Assembly: GCA_025360325.1 (NCBI GenBank)
Contig: JANYCI010000013.1
Span: forward strand, 13,544-77,543
Direction of reading: 5' to 3'
Source of the DNA: Limisphaerales bacterium
GTDB taxonomy: Bacteria; Verrucomicrobiota; Verrucomicrobiia; Limisphaerales; UBA11358
Length of the DNA: 64,000 bases
This document shows, piece by piece, positions 16,816-25,722 of this stretch (within the stretch, counting starts at the first letter, position 1; every line of letters starts with the position of its first letter). Both the position numbers and the translations under genes were made by a program. The notes beneath the pieces are model-generated. The model was not told the DNA's origin. It saw only the letters and a list, made by a program, of their open reading frames with translations, and did not search any database.

Positions 16816-19800
16816 ATGAAAACAATCAATCGTTTAGTCATGTTGCTGCTAACGGTGCTGTCTGTGCCCGGCGTTCGCGCGCAAGCACCCGCTTCCCTCC
16901 ATGGCTCAACGCTGTTTCAAACGATCACCAGTGGCGACACCACAGTTTTTGACACTAGCGGCTACACGGTTGTTTTTATCGCCAACGCGGCCAACAGTTA
17001 CAGCCGGGTTGACCTACTTGGAACCCCAAACGCCAACGGCACTTTCACCTATGTTCAGTCGGGAGCGGATGCCGTGCTGACAATCACTGATACTCGCGCC
17101 GGAATTTTTACCGCCGACTACAATTTTAACGATTTGCTTTCAGGCGGATATTTATTCACGCAAGGCCCGTCGGCATTTCAAGACGGGTCGTTTATCATGT
17201 ATGCCGGGCAAGCGCCCGCTTCGCTTGCGGGCAAAACTGTTACTTTAGACATCAGCGATGGCGGCGGCGGGGCCGACGCTTCAGGAACTGAAACCATTTT
17301 ATTTACTAGTTCCGGCTACACGCTAACTGATAACTCTGGCATCCATACCGGAACTTATACTTATTCACTTGCTAATAGAAGCACTGGGAAGGTAACCGTT
17401 AGCAGCAGTAGTGGTAACGGTTTACTTTACCTATCTTTTACAGACTCGGCCAGTGGTGGATTTGCCGCCAGAAAAAGCAACGGCCACTGGCAGATCGGCA
17501 CTATCATCATCCCGGATACAACACCGCCGACCGTTACCTTCACTACGCCTACGCCCAACCAGCAATGGAGCAATGCGATGTTCACTGTGAACGGCAAGGC
17601 CAGCGATGATGTCGGCGTAACTTTCGTAGATGTTTCCTCGGATGGAAATACTTGGATTGATGGAGTGTCGTCAAACAGTTGGGTAAACTGGACGGCGGAT
17701 AATGTGCCGCTGACGCCCGGCACCAATACGATTTATGCGCGGGCGCTTGATGGCAACGGTAATTTCAAGACTAACACGGTGAAAATGATTTACATCTTGA
17801 GCACGCCATTGGCGGTGAGCATGAATGGTAAAGGCACCATCAGTCCGGCCTACAACAACGCGTTACTCCCAATCGGGAAAAACGTCACGCTGACCGCCAC
17901 ACCCGCCGTAGGTTATGCGTTTACGAACTGGACAGACGGCAGCAGTTTCATCATCACCAACAAACCGACGCTGACCTTCTTGATGGCGTCTAACTTATCA
18001 TTTATAGCTAACTTCATAGACATCGCCAAGCCGACCGTGGCGATCACGAACATTCCCGTGAGCGGAAACGTGAGTAATGCGGCGTTCACGGTCAAAGGCA
18101 AGGCGGGAGATAACTTATCAGTATCAAATGTGTTTTATAACTTGAACAACGGCGGTTGGCTCGGTGCGGATTTAGCGAATGGCTTCACTAACTGGTCAGC
18201 TTACTTGACGTTGACACCGGGAACGAACTTGCTCGCCACTTATGCCGTGGATACCACGGGCAACTTATCGCTGACTAATACGGTGAAGTTAGTTTATATC
18301 TTGAGCGCCCAATTGACGGTGAGCATGAATGGTAAAGGGAGTATCGCTCCCGCTTACAACAACGCGTTACTCCAGATCGGCAAGAACTACACGCTGACCG
18401 CCACGCCTGCCGTGGGTTTTGCGTTCACGAACTGGACGGACGGCAGCAGTTTCATCATCACCAACAAACCGACGCTGACCTTCTTGATGGCGTCTAACTT
18501 ATCATTTATAGCTAACTTCATAGACATCGCCAAGCCGACCGTGGCGATCACGAACATTCCCGTGAGCGGGAATGTGAGCAACGCGGCGTTCACGGTCAAA
18601 GGCAAGGCGGGAGATAACTTATCAGTATCAAATGTGTTTTATAACTTGAACAACGGCGGCTGGCTCGGGGTGGATTCAACTAATTACTTCAGCAACTGGT
18701 CAGCTTTACTCGACTTGACGCCGGGAACAAATGTTTTATCCACTTACGCTATAGACACCACGGGCAACTTATCGCTGACTAATACGGTGAAGTTAGTTTA
18801 TATCTTGAGCGCCCAATTGACGGTGAGCACGAATGGCAAAGGCAGCATTGCTCCGGCCTACAACAATGCGTTGTTGCAGATTGGGAAGAACTACACGTTG
18901 ACCGCCACACCCGCTGTCGGTTTTATCTTCACGAACTGGGCGGACGGCAGCGGTTTCATCATCACCAACAAACCGGCGCTGACTTTCTTGATGGCGTCCA
19001 ACCTATCGTTCATCGCGAACTTCGTGGACATCGCCAAGCCGGTTTTGACCGTGACGACGCCGACGGCGGCGACCAGCGCGGGAAATGATTTGTATCTTGC
19101 CAGCGGCAAAGCTTTGGACAATGCGGGCGTGACCAATGTGCTCTATAACTTGAATAGCATGGGCTGGTTCCCAGCGGGTCCTGCTAATAGTTGGACAAAC
19201 TGGACGACTACATTGGGATTGACACCCGGCACCAATTATTTTTCAGCCTATGCCGTGGATAGCAGCGGCAATTTATCTATTACTAATAACACTAAGTTCC
19301 TTTACACCACCGCCCCGGCAAGTTTGAGCGGACTGGCGGCGGCGATCACGCCGGACGACAGTGCAATCGCGCCGTTTGGCGTGGCATTTGGCGCGACAAC
19401 TTTCAGCCAGATAGCGACGGATACGAACAACGTGAACGGCCTAGGAAGCTATACTTATACCAAACAAACACCGAGCAGCGGGCTATTAAAACTGACTTAC
19501 ACCGCGCCACCCACCGCTACGAATGAAGGTTTGCAGACCATCAAGCTCGCATTCACCGCACCGAATATTGCACGCTACACAAATGGATTGGATACGGGCG
19601 GTATCATATTTACCTCTACGCCGACGCTTGTGCTGCCGGCCATCCTGAATCAAACCGTGGTAGCAGTGAACAATAACGGCGATGGTGAAAGCATTGTATT
19701 TACTGCGGGAAATTATATCAGAAGTAATTTGCTTACTCATGTATCAAACACCAACCTTAATTACACATATGCTGCCTACAGCCCACTCGGTGCGCTCTTA

Positions 19801-20238
19801 AAAAATTTAGATAGCAACGGTCAGGATTACACCGTAATCACTTTCGTCGGAACAAACTATGGCACTGCCTATTCAGAGAGTTATGATCGGACAGGCAATT
19901 TCACACAGACTAATCAAAGAGTATTTGGAGTAAAATCGCAGAAGTCTGGTGGCAATGCGCCGATAAATTTGGTTAACCACAGCACACTGGTTATCAACAA
20001 TAACTATCATTTCAAGCTGACTTTCGTGGACTCAACCAACTTTGTCACCACGCATGATGCAGACACTAATGGGATTGGCACATATGACTACACGCGGATT
20101 GGCACAAACTCCGGCAACATAGATTTGAATTATTCCACGTTACCTGGAGCGGCCTCGATTTACTTTCAGTTTGTCTCGCCCAATTTCGCCATTATCACCA
20201 ATAGTGATAACACCCTCGGCGCGGCTATCTGGAAATAA
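16816..20238 (+). CDS. large secreted repeat protein (Ig-like plus InlB-B-repeat-like modules flanked by five copies of an unassigned ~105-aa module)
   Basis: Signal peptide MKTINRLVMLLLTVLSVPGVRA|QAP. The internal period is 168 aa. B-units GKGxIxPAYNNALLxIGKNxTLTATPAVGxxFTNWxDGS resemble divergent InlB B-repeats. It is visibly lower in GC than its flanks. Confidence 0.85.
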   Translation: MKTINRLVMLLLTVLSVPGVRAQAPASLHGSTLFQTITSGDTTVFDTSGYTVVFIANAANSYSRVDLLGTPNANGTFTYVQSGADAVLTITDTRAGIFTADYNFNDLLSGGYLFTQGPSAFQDGSFIMYAGQAPASLAGKTVTLDISDGGGGADASGTETILFTSSGYTLTDNSGIHTGTYTYSLANRSTGKVTVSSSSGNGLLYLSFTDSASGGFAARKSNGHWQIGTIIIPDTTPPTVTFTTPTPNQQWSNAMFTVNGKASDDVGVTFVDVSSDGNTWIDGVSSNSWVNWTADNVPLTPGTNTIYARALDGNGNFKTNTVKMIYILSTPLAVSMNGKGTISPAYNNALLPIGKNVTLTATPAVGYAFTNWTDGSSFIITNKPTLTFLMASNLSFIANFIDIAKPTVAITNIPVSGNVSNAAFTVKGKAGDNLSVSNVFYNLNNGGWLGADLANGFTNWSAYLTLTPGTNLLATYAVDTTGNLSLTNTVKLVYILSAQLTVSMNGKGSIAPAYNNALLQIGKNYTLTATPAVGFAFTNWTDGSSFIITNKPTLTFLMASNLSFIANFIDIAKPTVAITNIPVSGNVSNAAFTVKGKAGDNLSVSNVFYNLNNGGWLGVDSTNYFSNWSALLDLTPGTNVLSTYAIDTTGNLSLTNTVKLVYILSAQLTVSTNGKGSIAPAYNNALLQIGKNYTLTATPAVGFIFTNWADGSGFIITNKPALTFLMASNLSFIANFVDIAKPVLTVTTPTAATSAGNDLYLASGKALDNAGVTNVLYNLNSMGWFPAGPANSWTNWTTTLGLTPGTNYFSAYAVDSSGNLSITNNTKFLYTTAPASLSGLAAAITPDDSAIAPFGVAFGATTFSQIATDTNNVNGLGSYTYTKQTPSSGLLKLTYTAPPTATNEGLQTIKLAFTAPNIARYTNGLDTGGIIFTSTPTLVLPAILNQTVVAVNNNGDGESIVFTAGNYIRSNLLTHVSNTNLNYTYAAYSPLGALLKNLDSNGQDYTVITFVGTNYGTAYSESYDRTGNFTQTNQRVFGVKSQKSGGNAPINLVNHSTLVINNNYHFKLTFVDSTNFVTTHDADTNGIGTYDYTRIGTNSGNIDLNYSTLPGAASIYFQFVSPNFAIITNSDNTLGAAIWK
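17524..19312 (+). repeat. 504-bp coding tandem repeat, ~3.5 units
   Basis: Unit boundaries (aag ccg ... = KP) fall at 18028, 18532 and 19036, each 504 nt apart. The 131-bp tract 17935..18065 is identical to 18439..18569 when compared base by base. Confidence 0.95.
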
Positions 20239-20255
20239 TCTGGCACTGGACAGAC

Positions 20256-21932
20256 TTATTTCAACAAGGCTTCGGCGTGTTTGCGAGCGGCGGTGCTTTG
20301 GCCACCGAGCATCCGCGCGAGTTCGGTGACGCGGTCTTTTTTTCCAAGTAAATGGATTTCCGAAATCGTCCGGCCAGCGGTCACCTGTTTGGTCACGACG
20401 TAATGGGCATCGGCGGGGGCGGCGACTTGCGGGAGATGGGTGATACACAAGACCTGACGTTTCGCCGCAATCTGTTTCATTTTTTCGCCCACCGTGTTCG
20501 CCGTTTCGCCGCCGACATTGGCGTCCACTTCGTCGAAAACCAAAACGGGAATTTCATCCTCGGCGGCCAGCACGGTTTTTAAGGCGAGCATCACCCGCGC
20601 CATTTCACCGGACGAGGCGATGGCGCGGAGCGGCTTGGCTGGCTCGCCGGGATTGGGCGCAAATTGAAATTCAATTTCATCCAGACCTGCCTGCGGAATT
20701 TGAGATTTGAAATTTGAGATTTCAGATTGGGAATTGATCGCCACATCAAACTGGCTTTGCTTGAAGCCAAGATCGTCAAGCTGTTGGGTGACGGCTTTGG
20801 CCAGCGGTGGGATAACTTTTTTGCGCGCAGCGGACAGTTTTTTACCGGCGCTCAAGATTTCGGAATCCAGTTTTGCCAACGCCGCATTGAGCCGCGCCAG
20901 TTCGGCGTCGCGCGATTCGAGCGTTTGTAATTTCGTTTTCGCCTCGTCCCCAAACGCACTGACTTCGGCGAGCGTCGCACCGTATTTGCGTTTGAGGGTT
21001 TGCAGCAAGTTCAATCGCTCTTCCAATTCCGCGAGGCGGGCGGGGTCAACATCTACTTTGTCGGCGTAGTGCGAGACGGCGGACTGGAGTTCGCGCAAGA
21101 TTTCGCTGGCCTGAACGTGCAACTCGACGAGACTTGCCGCGCCAATGTCCACGCGCTGAAGTTCCGCAAGCACGCGCCCGACCGCGCCGGACTGCGTGAG
21201 CAAGGAAGTATCGCTCTCGCTTAAAACATCCAGCGCAGCCTGGCTCAACTGCAACAGCTTGGCGGCGTTGTTGGCGCGATGAAATTCGGTTTCGACGGCT
21301 TCATCTTCGCCGGGTTGCAGCCGCGCGGTAGAAATTTCCTGCACTTGGAAACGCAATCGGTCGAGTTGCTGCGCGTAAGTTTTTTCATCCACGACGAGCG
21401 CGGATTTTTCATTTTCCAGAACGCTGCGGCGACGGACGAGTTCACCAAATTCGCCGCGCATTTTTTCCAGCCCGCCGAACGCATCGAGAATCGCGAGCTG
21501 TTTCGCCGCGTGCAGCAGGGACTGATGATCGTGCGGGCCGTGCATATCCACGAGCCATTCGCCAAGGCTGCCGAGCGTGGCGAGCGTGGTGGGCGAGCCG
21601 TTGATGAACTGGCGATTAGTGCCGGCACTCGTGAACGCGCGCTTGAGCACAAGCTGATTTTCCTCGCAGGGTTCGAGACCGTTTTCTTCGAGAAAACTTT
21701 TCAGCGGTGCCCGAAGTTTTTTCACATCGAACACGGCCTCAACCGAACAACTCTCCTCGCCGCTGCGGATGAGCGTGCGGTCGGCGCGCTCGCCCAAAAC
21801 GAGATTGAGTGCGCCGAGGATGATGGATTTACCCGCGCCGGTTTCGCCGGTGATGACGTTGCAACCGGGCTGAAGTTCCAACGTGAGGTCGCTCACGAGA
21901 GCAAGATTTTTGATACGCAGGGTCGTCAACAT
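20256..21932 (-). CDS. recN: DNA repair protein RecN
   Basis: Walker A GETGAGKSII, SMC-like coiled-coil middle, signature SSGEMARVMLALK, Walker B VLVFDEVDANVGG. It contains a heptamer-repeat insertion (SEISNFKSQIPQ). Confidence 0.93.
   Translation of the reverse strand: MLTTLRIKNLALVSDLTLELQPGCNVITGETGAGKSIILGALNLVLGERADRTLIRSGEESCSVEAVFDVKKLRAPLKSFLEENGLEPCEENQLVLKRAFTSAGTNRQFINGSPTTLATLGSLGEWLVDMHGPHDHQSLLHAAKQLAILDAFGGLEKMRGEFGELVRRRSVLENEKSALVVDEKTYAQQLDRLRFQVQEISTARLQPGEDEAVETEFHRANNAAKLLQLSQAALDVLSESDTSLLTQSGAVGRVLAELQRVDIGAASLVELHVQASEILRELQSAVSHYADKVDVDPARLAELEERLNLLQTLKRKYGATLAEVSAFGDEAKTKLQTLESRDAELARLNAALAKLDSEILSAGKKLSAARKKVIPPLAKAVTQQLDDLGFKQSQFDVAINSQSEISNFKSQIPQAGLDEIEFQFAPNPGEPAKPLRAIASSGEMARVMLALKTVLAAEDEIPVLVFDEVDANVGGETANTVGEKMKQIAAKRQVLCITHLPQVAAPADAHYVVTKQVTAGRTISEIHLLGKKDRVTELARMLGGQSTAARKHAEALLK
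20697..20738. repeat. degenerate heptanucleotide tandem repeat inside recN
   Basis: Plus strand aatttga gatttga aatttga gatttca gattggg aattgat. The minus strand has units tcaaaty, inverted relative to the queG copy. Confidence 0.85.
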
Positions 21933-22101
21933 TTGATTGAACGCAATAAATTTGCGGATTGACGCGGTTTGGGCAAACAGAAAAACAATTTATCGAGAGA
22001 TTTTGGGCCAGTCCATTTTAGCAGGTGGTCGCGCGGCGATACCTTTGCTCGTTCAGCAAAAAGGTTGCGGGCAGGCCCAAAAACTGCAAACGTCGAACAT
22101 T

Positions 22102-22932
22102 ATGAAATTCAAAAATCTATTGGCACTGTTCGCCGCTGCCACGCTTTCGTTAGAGGTGGCGTCCGCGCAGACCAGCACCAACACCACGCTCAATGAGCTG
22201 GTCCGCCAAGTGAGCGCCAAAATCAAAGACGGCAAAACGATCAACAGCGAAGCCGAGTTCGCAACCGAATTAGCGCAGTTTGATTTCCTCATTGCCGCGC
22301 AAAATGGCGCCAAGACCGACGAGGCCGCGCAGATCATTTACATGAAGGCGATGCTCTATCTCCAAGTTTTTGAAAACAATGAAAAAGCCGGGGAGATGAT
22401 GAAAAACCTCAAGGACAATTACGGCGACACCAAATACGGCAAGAGCGCGGGAAAAATCGTGGACAAGATCGCCCAGCGCGGCGAGTCGAAAAAATTACAA
22501 TCGGCGCTGACACCCGGCAAAGAATTCCCCGACTTTGCGGAAAAAGACCTGGACGGCAAGCCGCTCTCCGTGGGTGCGCTCAAAGGCAAAGTGGTGCTCG
22601 TGGATTTTTGGGCGACCTGGTGCGGCCCCTGCCGCGCGGAACTGCCGAACGTCATCGAAGCTTACAAAAAATATCATGCCCAAGGTTTTGAAATCATCGG
22701 CGTGAGCCTTGACTCCGACCGCACCAAGCTCCATGACTTTCTGAAAAAAACCGAGGGCATGACGTGGGCGCAGTATTTTGACGGCGAAGGCTGGAGCAAC
22801 AAGCTCGCGCAAAAATATGGCGTGGAATCCATCCCGTTCACCGTGCTGGTCGGGCCGGACGGAAAAATCATCGGCAAGGATTTGCGCGGCGAGATGCTCG
22901 CCACGGCGGTGGCCAAGGCGCTGGGGAAATAA
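22102..22932 (+). CDS. TlpA/ResA-like thiol:disulfide oxidoreductase (thioredoxin fold), secreted
   Basis: Signal MKFKNLLALFAAATLSLEVASA. Redoxin core GKVVLVDFWATWCGPCRAELP, GFEIIGVSLD, GVESIPFTVLVGPDGKI. Confidence 0.88.
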   Translation: MKFKNLLALFAAATLSLEVASAQTSTNTTLNELVRQVSAKIKDGKTINSEAEFATELAQFDFLIAAQNGAKTDEAAQIIYMKAMLYLQVFENNEKAGEMMKNLKDNYGDTKYGKSAGKIVDKIAQRGESKKLQSALTPGKEFPDFAEKDLDGKPLSVGALKGKVVLVDFWATWCGPCRAELPNVIEAYKKYHAQGFEIIGVSLDSDRTKLHDFLKKTEGMTWAQYFDGEGWSNKLAQKYGVESIPFTVLVGPDGKIIGKDLRGEMLATAVAKALGK

Positions 22933-22952
22933 TCTCCGCAAACGAAAATTTC

Positions 22953-22992
22953 AAAACGGCGGCGGGCAAATTGTCCGCCGCCGTTTTTGTAT
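22953..22992. terminator. bidirectional rho-independent terminator
   Basis: aaaacggcggcgg-gcaaattgt-ccgccgccgtttttgtattttt between convergent stops at 22932 (+) and 23000 (-). A perfect 10-bp GC stem is flanked by an A-run and a T-run. Confidence 0.85.
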
Positions 22993-22999
22993 TTTTCCG

Positions 23000-25477
23000 T
23001 CACGGCACGACTTCGATCTCGTAAAACTTTTGCGGCGCGGGCGGCGCGTTGGAGATGTCCGTGAACGAAGTCGTCAGGCTGTTGGCCGAAATGACGCCGC
23101 TGACCGGCGTGAACGGCTGCATCAGATTTGTCGTGGCCAGCACCAGATAATTTTGCCCCGGCGTGCTGCTCCACACCACTTGCTGCGCGTTGCTCGTCAG
23201 CCCGATGATGACCAGCGGTGGCGCGACGATGACCGTCCGCGCATCGGACAACACCGCGACGTTGTTGCTGAAAACAATTTGTAGAACATTGGTGCCGGGC
23301 GTCGTCACCGCCCAGTTGTAAAGCAGCGAACGAAAACCAGAACAGCCCGCGATCGCGCCAACGGGCCGCAAAATGTAATTAGCAGACGGCTGCAATATTC
23401 CATTGATCGTGAGTTGGAACAACGAGGCCGTGTTCGTGGTGAGCGTGGAGGTGAAACACACTTGCACGAGATAGGTGACGTTGTTGGAAATCACCGCGCC
23501 ATCAGCAGCGGGGCTGGAAAATAGCACGAGCGGAGGCGCAGCAGCGGTGCGAAACAGCAATGAATACGGCGCGTAAAGTGTTTTTCCCGAAGCGGTGGCG
23601 AAGGCAGAATTGCTCACGGTGATGGTGATGTTCGTCGCCGCCGCGAAGCCGCCGACGGCGGGCGTGAACGTCATCACATCGCGCGCAGGCGACCAACTGA
23701 ACGTGCCACTGACGGACGGCACGGCGCGGAACGCGGACTGCACGCTGTTGGTATTCATCGGCTGGCTGAATTGTAATACCACAGGCAGCAGCGGCGAAAT
23801 GTTCGTCGCGCTGTGCATCGGAAAATTGGTGACGACGACGGGATCAAGCGGGAGCAGTTGCGTTTGCGCGAGAAAAATTTTTGCGGTCATGGCCGGCACG
23901 GAAATGAGCGGTGTCTGCGGCCCGGCGAGGACAGAAATTATTTCGTTCGGGTTCAGCAAATTCACCAGCGCGGTGCCGGGCGCATAAATCGTCGGGCGGC
24001 TGGCGAGTGTTTGCGCGTTGCTCGCAGTGTTGAAGACGACAAAAACTTCCTGCGTGCCGAGCCGCCGCGAGTAGGCAAACAGACCAGCGGCGCTGGAATT
24101 GTTCCACTGGTTGACGTGTGAGCCGAGCGAGAGAGCGGGATAGAGGCGACGGAAATTATTCAACTTGGCGATCTGTAAAAAAAGCGGATGCGTCATATTA
24201 AAACTGTCCACGCCAGACTGACCGGCATCTTTGAACTGCCCGGCAAACATATCCTCGCGATTATTCGGATCGGTGCCGCCGTTGAACGCCTGCTCGGTTC
24301 CTTGATAGACGCAGGGAATGCCGCGCGAGGTGTGCAGGAACGTGAGCGCGATGGTGAGTTTGTTCGTGTCGCCATTGGCGTTGGCGGAATTAAGGAAACG
24401 CGTCGTGTCGTGATTGTCGAGAAAGGTGACGAGTTGGTTGAGCGTGGCGGCATCGTAGTTCGCGGCAAGGTTATTGAAATGATCTTCGATCTGTTTCGTG
24501 TTACCACCCCGCTCGAAAACATTTTGCGCGGCGAAGAAGAGCGGGTAGTCGAGCAACGAATCCAGCTTGAACGCGCCGCCGCCATTCGTGCCGGAATAGC
24601 TGCCGACTTTTGTATCCGAGCCGTCGAACACTTCACCGAACATGAAAAAATTCGGCTTGCCGTTAGTCGCGGCGGCGCTGTGGATGCGCGGACACCAGTC
24701 TTGCCAGAAACCCATTTCGGCGTGCTTCACCGTGTCCACGCGGAAGGCGTCGAAGCCCGCGTTCGTGATCCAATAATTATAGACCGCCGCTAGGTTCGTG
24801 CGGACGTAAGCGGACTCGGTGCGAAAATCATCAAGGCCGCTCAATTCGCCAAGCTCCAACTGTTGCGTGCTGCTGTAATCAATGATTGCGCCGAAGTTGT
24901 GAAAAAAATTCGTGAGCGATGGATTCAATGCGTTAGTGTTGAACGGCGCGGCGTATTTTTTGGACGAGTTCGCGTAAGTCAAATTGTAGCCGTTCGTGGT
25001 GAACGCGGTGTTACCATCAATGTTGTTGAGCGTGCTACCGTGATTCACCACCACGTCTTGAATGACGAGCAAACCCTTGGCGTGCGCGGCGTTCACCATC
25101 ACTTGCAGATTCGAGAGCGTGCCCCAGTGCGGATCTACGGAATAAAAATCCGCGCCGGAGTAGCCGTGGTATTCGCCGCTGCCGTTTTTGACGATGGGCG
25201 AACTCCAGATGGCAGTGAAGCCTAGTGCCTTGATGTAATCCAATTTCTGTTCGATGCCGCGAAAGTCGCCGCCGTGAACACTCGCGCCGTTGGCGGCATT
25301 GTAGGAACCAGAGGCGTTGTTGTTCGCGGCGTCGCCGTCAAAAAAACGGTCGGTAAAAATCTGGTAGATGCTTTGGGTCTGCCAGAATGTGTTGGGCGCG
25401 GATTGCGACCACCCCCGCAACGCCAGCAGTAAAAGCAGCAGCACGAGCGCGGAAAGTATTTTCGGAGGCACTTCCAA
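23000..25477 (-). CDS. GH13 alpha-amylase-family enzyme with C-terminal Ig-like domains and the shared C-terminal tail
   Basis: GH13 regions DVVVNHGS, FDAFRVDTVKH, FMFGEVFDG, FLDNHDTTRF. The signal peptide is leucine-rich. The start is TTG 25477 or in-frame GTG 25471. Confidence 0.9.
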   Translation of the reverse strand: MEVPPKILSALVLLLLLLALRGWSQSAPNTFWQTQSIYQIFTDRFFDGDAANNNASGSYNAANGASVHGGDFRGIEQKLDYIKALGFTAIWSSPIVKNGSGEYHGYSGADFYSVDPHWGTLSNLQVMVNAAHAKGLLVIQDVVVNHGSTLNNIDGNTAFTTNGYNLTYANSSKKYAAPFNTNALNPSLTNFFHNFGAIIDYSSTQQLELGELSGLDDFRTESAYVRTNLAAVYNYWITNAGFDAFRVDTVKHAEMGFWQDWCPRIHSAAATNGKPNFFMFGEVFDGSDTKVGSYSGTNGGGAFKLDSLLDYPLFFAAQNVFERGGNTKQIEDHFNNLAANYDAATLNQLVTFLDNHDTTRFLNSANANGDTNKLTIALTFLHTSRGIPCVYQGTEQAFNGGTDPNNREDMFAGQFKDAGQSGVDSFNMTHPLFLQIAKLNNFRRLYPALSLGSHVNQWNNSSAAGLFAYSRRLGTQEVFVVFNTASNAQTLASRPTIYAPGTALVNLLNPNEIISVLAGPQTPLISVPAMTAKIFLAQTQLLPLDPVVVTNFPMHSATNISPLLPVVLQFSQPMNTNSVQSAFRAVPSVSGTFSWSPARDVMTFTPAVGGFAAATNITITVSNSAFATASGKTLYAPYSLLFRTAAAPPLVLFSSPAADGAVISNNVTYLVQVCFTSTLTTNTASLFQLTINGILQPSANYILRPVGAIAGCSGFRSLLYNWAVTTPGTNVLQIVFSNNVAVLSDARTVIVAPPLVIIGLTSNAQQVVWSSTPGQNYLVLATTNLMQPFTPVSGVISANSLTTSFTDISNAPPAPQKFYEIEVVP

Positions 25478-25722
25478 GCTTAATCATTTTTTCCCAATCC
25501 TGCTTTCGCACAAAGATGCGATGGATAATTTGCGGAGCGCAGCTATGTTGTCCCGTGAACCCGAACGCTGTCTTGCGCCAAAATTATTTTTTGCCGTCGT
25601 CGGCAGGTTCAAAATTAAAATCCATCCTATGAATAAAAAACAAATCCTGCTGGGTCTGGGCGCAATGTTGGCCGCCGCGTTGACCGCCAGCGCGCAACCT
25701 TACTTATGTAGCCGGCAGCGGC

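Noticed and set aside
17524-19312. Possible CRISPR-like or non-coding repeat array
   Set aside because: The period is 504 bp with no short spacer/repeat alternation. The repeats are in one long ORF and differences between units are largely synonymous, so they are coding domain repeats.
15990-20697. Heptamer tracts in queG and recN acting as inverted terminal repeats of a 4.7-kb mobile or invertible segment
   Set aside because: Both tracts lie in-frame inside conserved genes whose flanking sequences are collinear with their families. An inversion or excision between them would destroy both genes. No recombinase is present. I kept it only as a note under the low-GC gene.
4258-21932. tlyA-nadK-recN operon as in mycobacteria and Bacillus
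   Set aside because: tlyA and nadK are overlapping and co-oriented here, but recN is 15 kb away on the opposite strand. The classical three-gene operon is therefore not present. This is not unusual enough to report as a finding.
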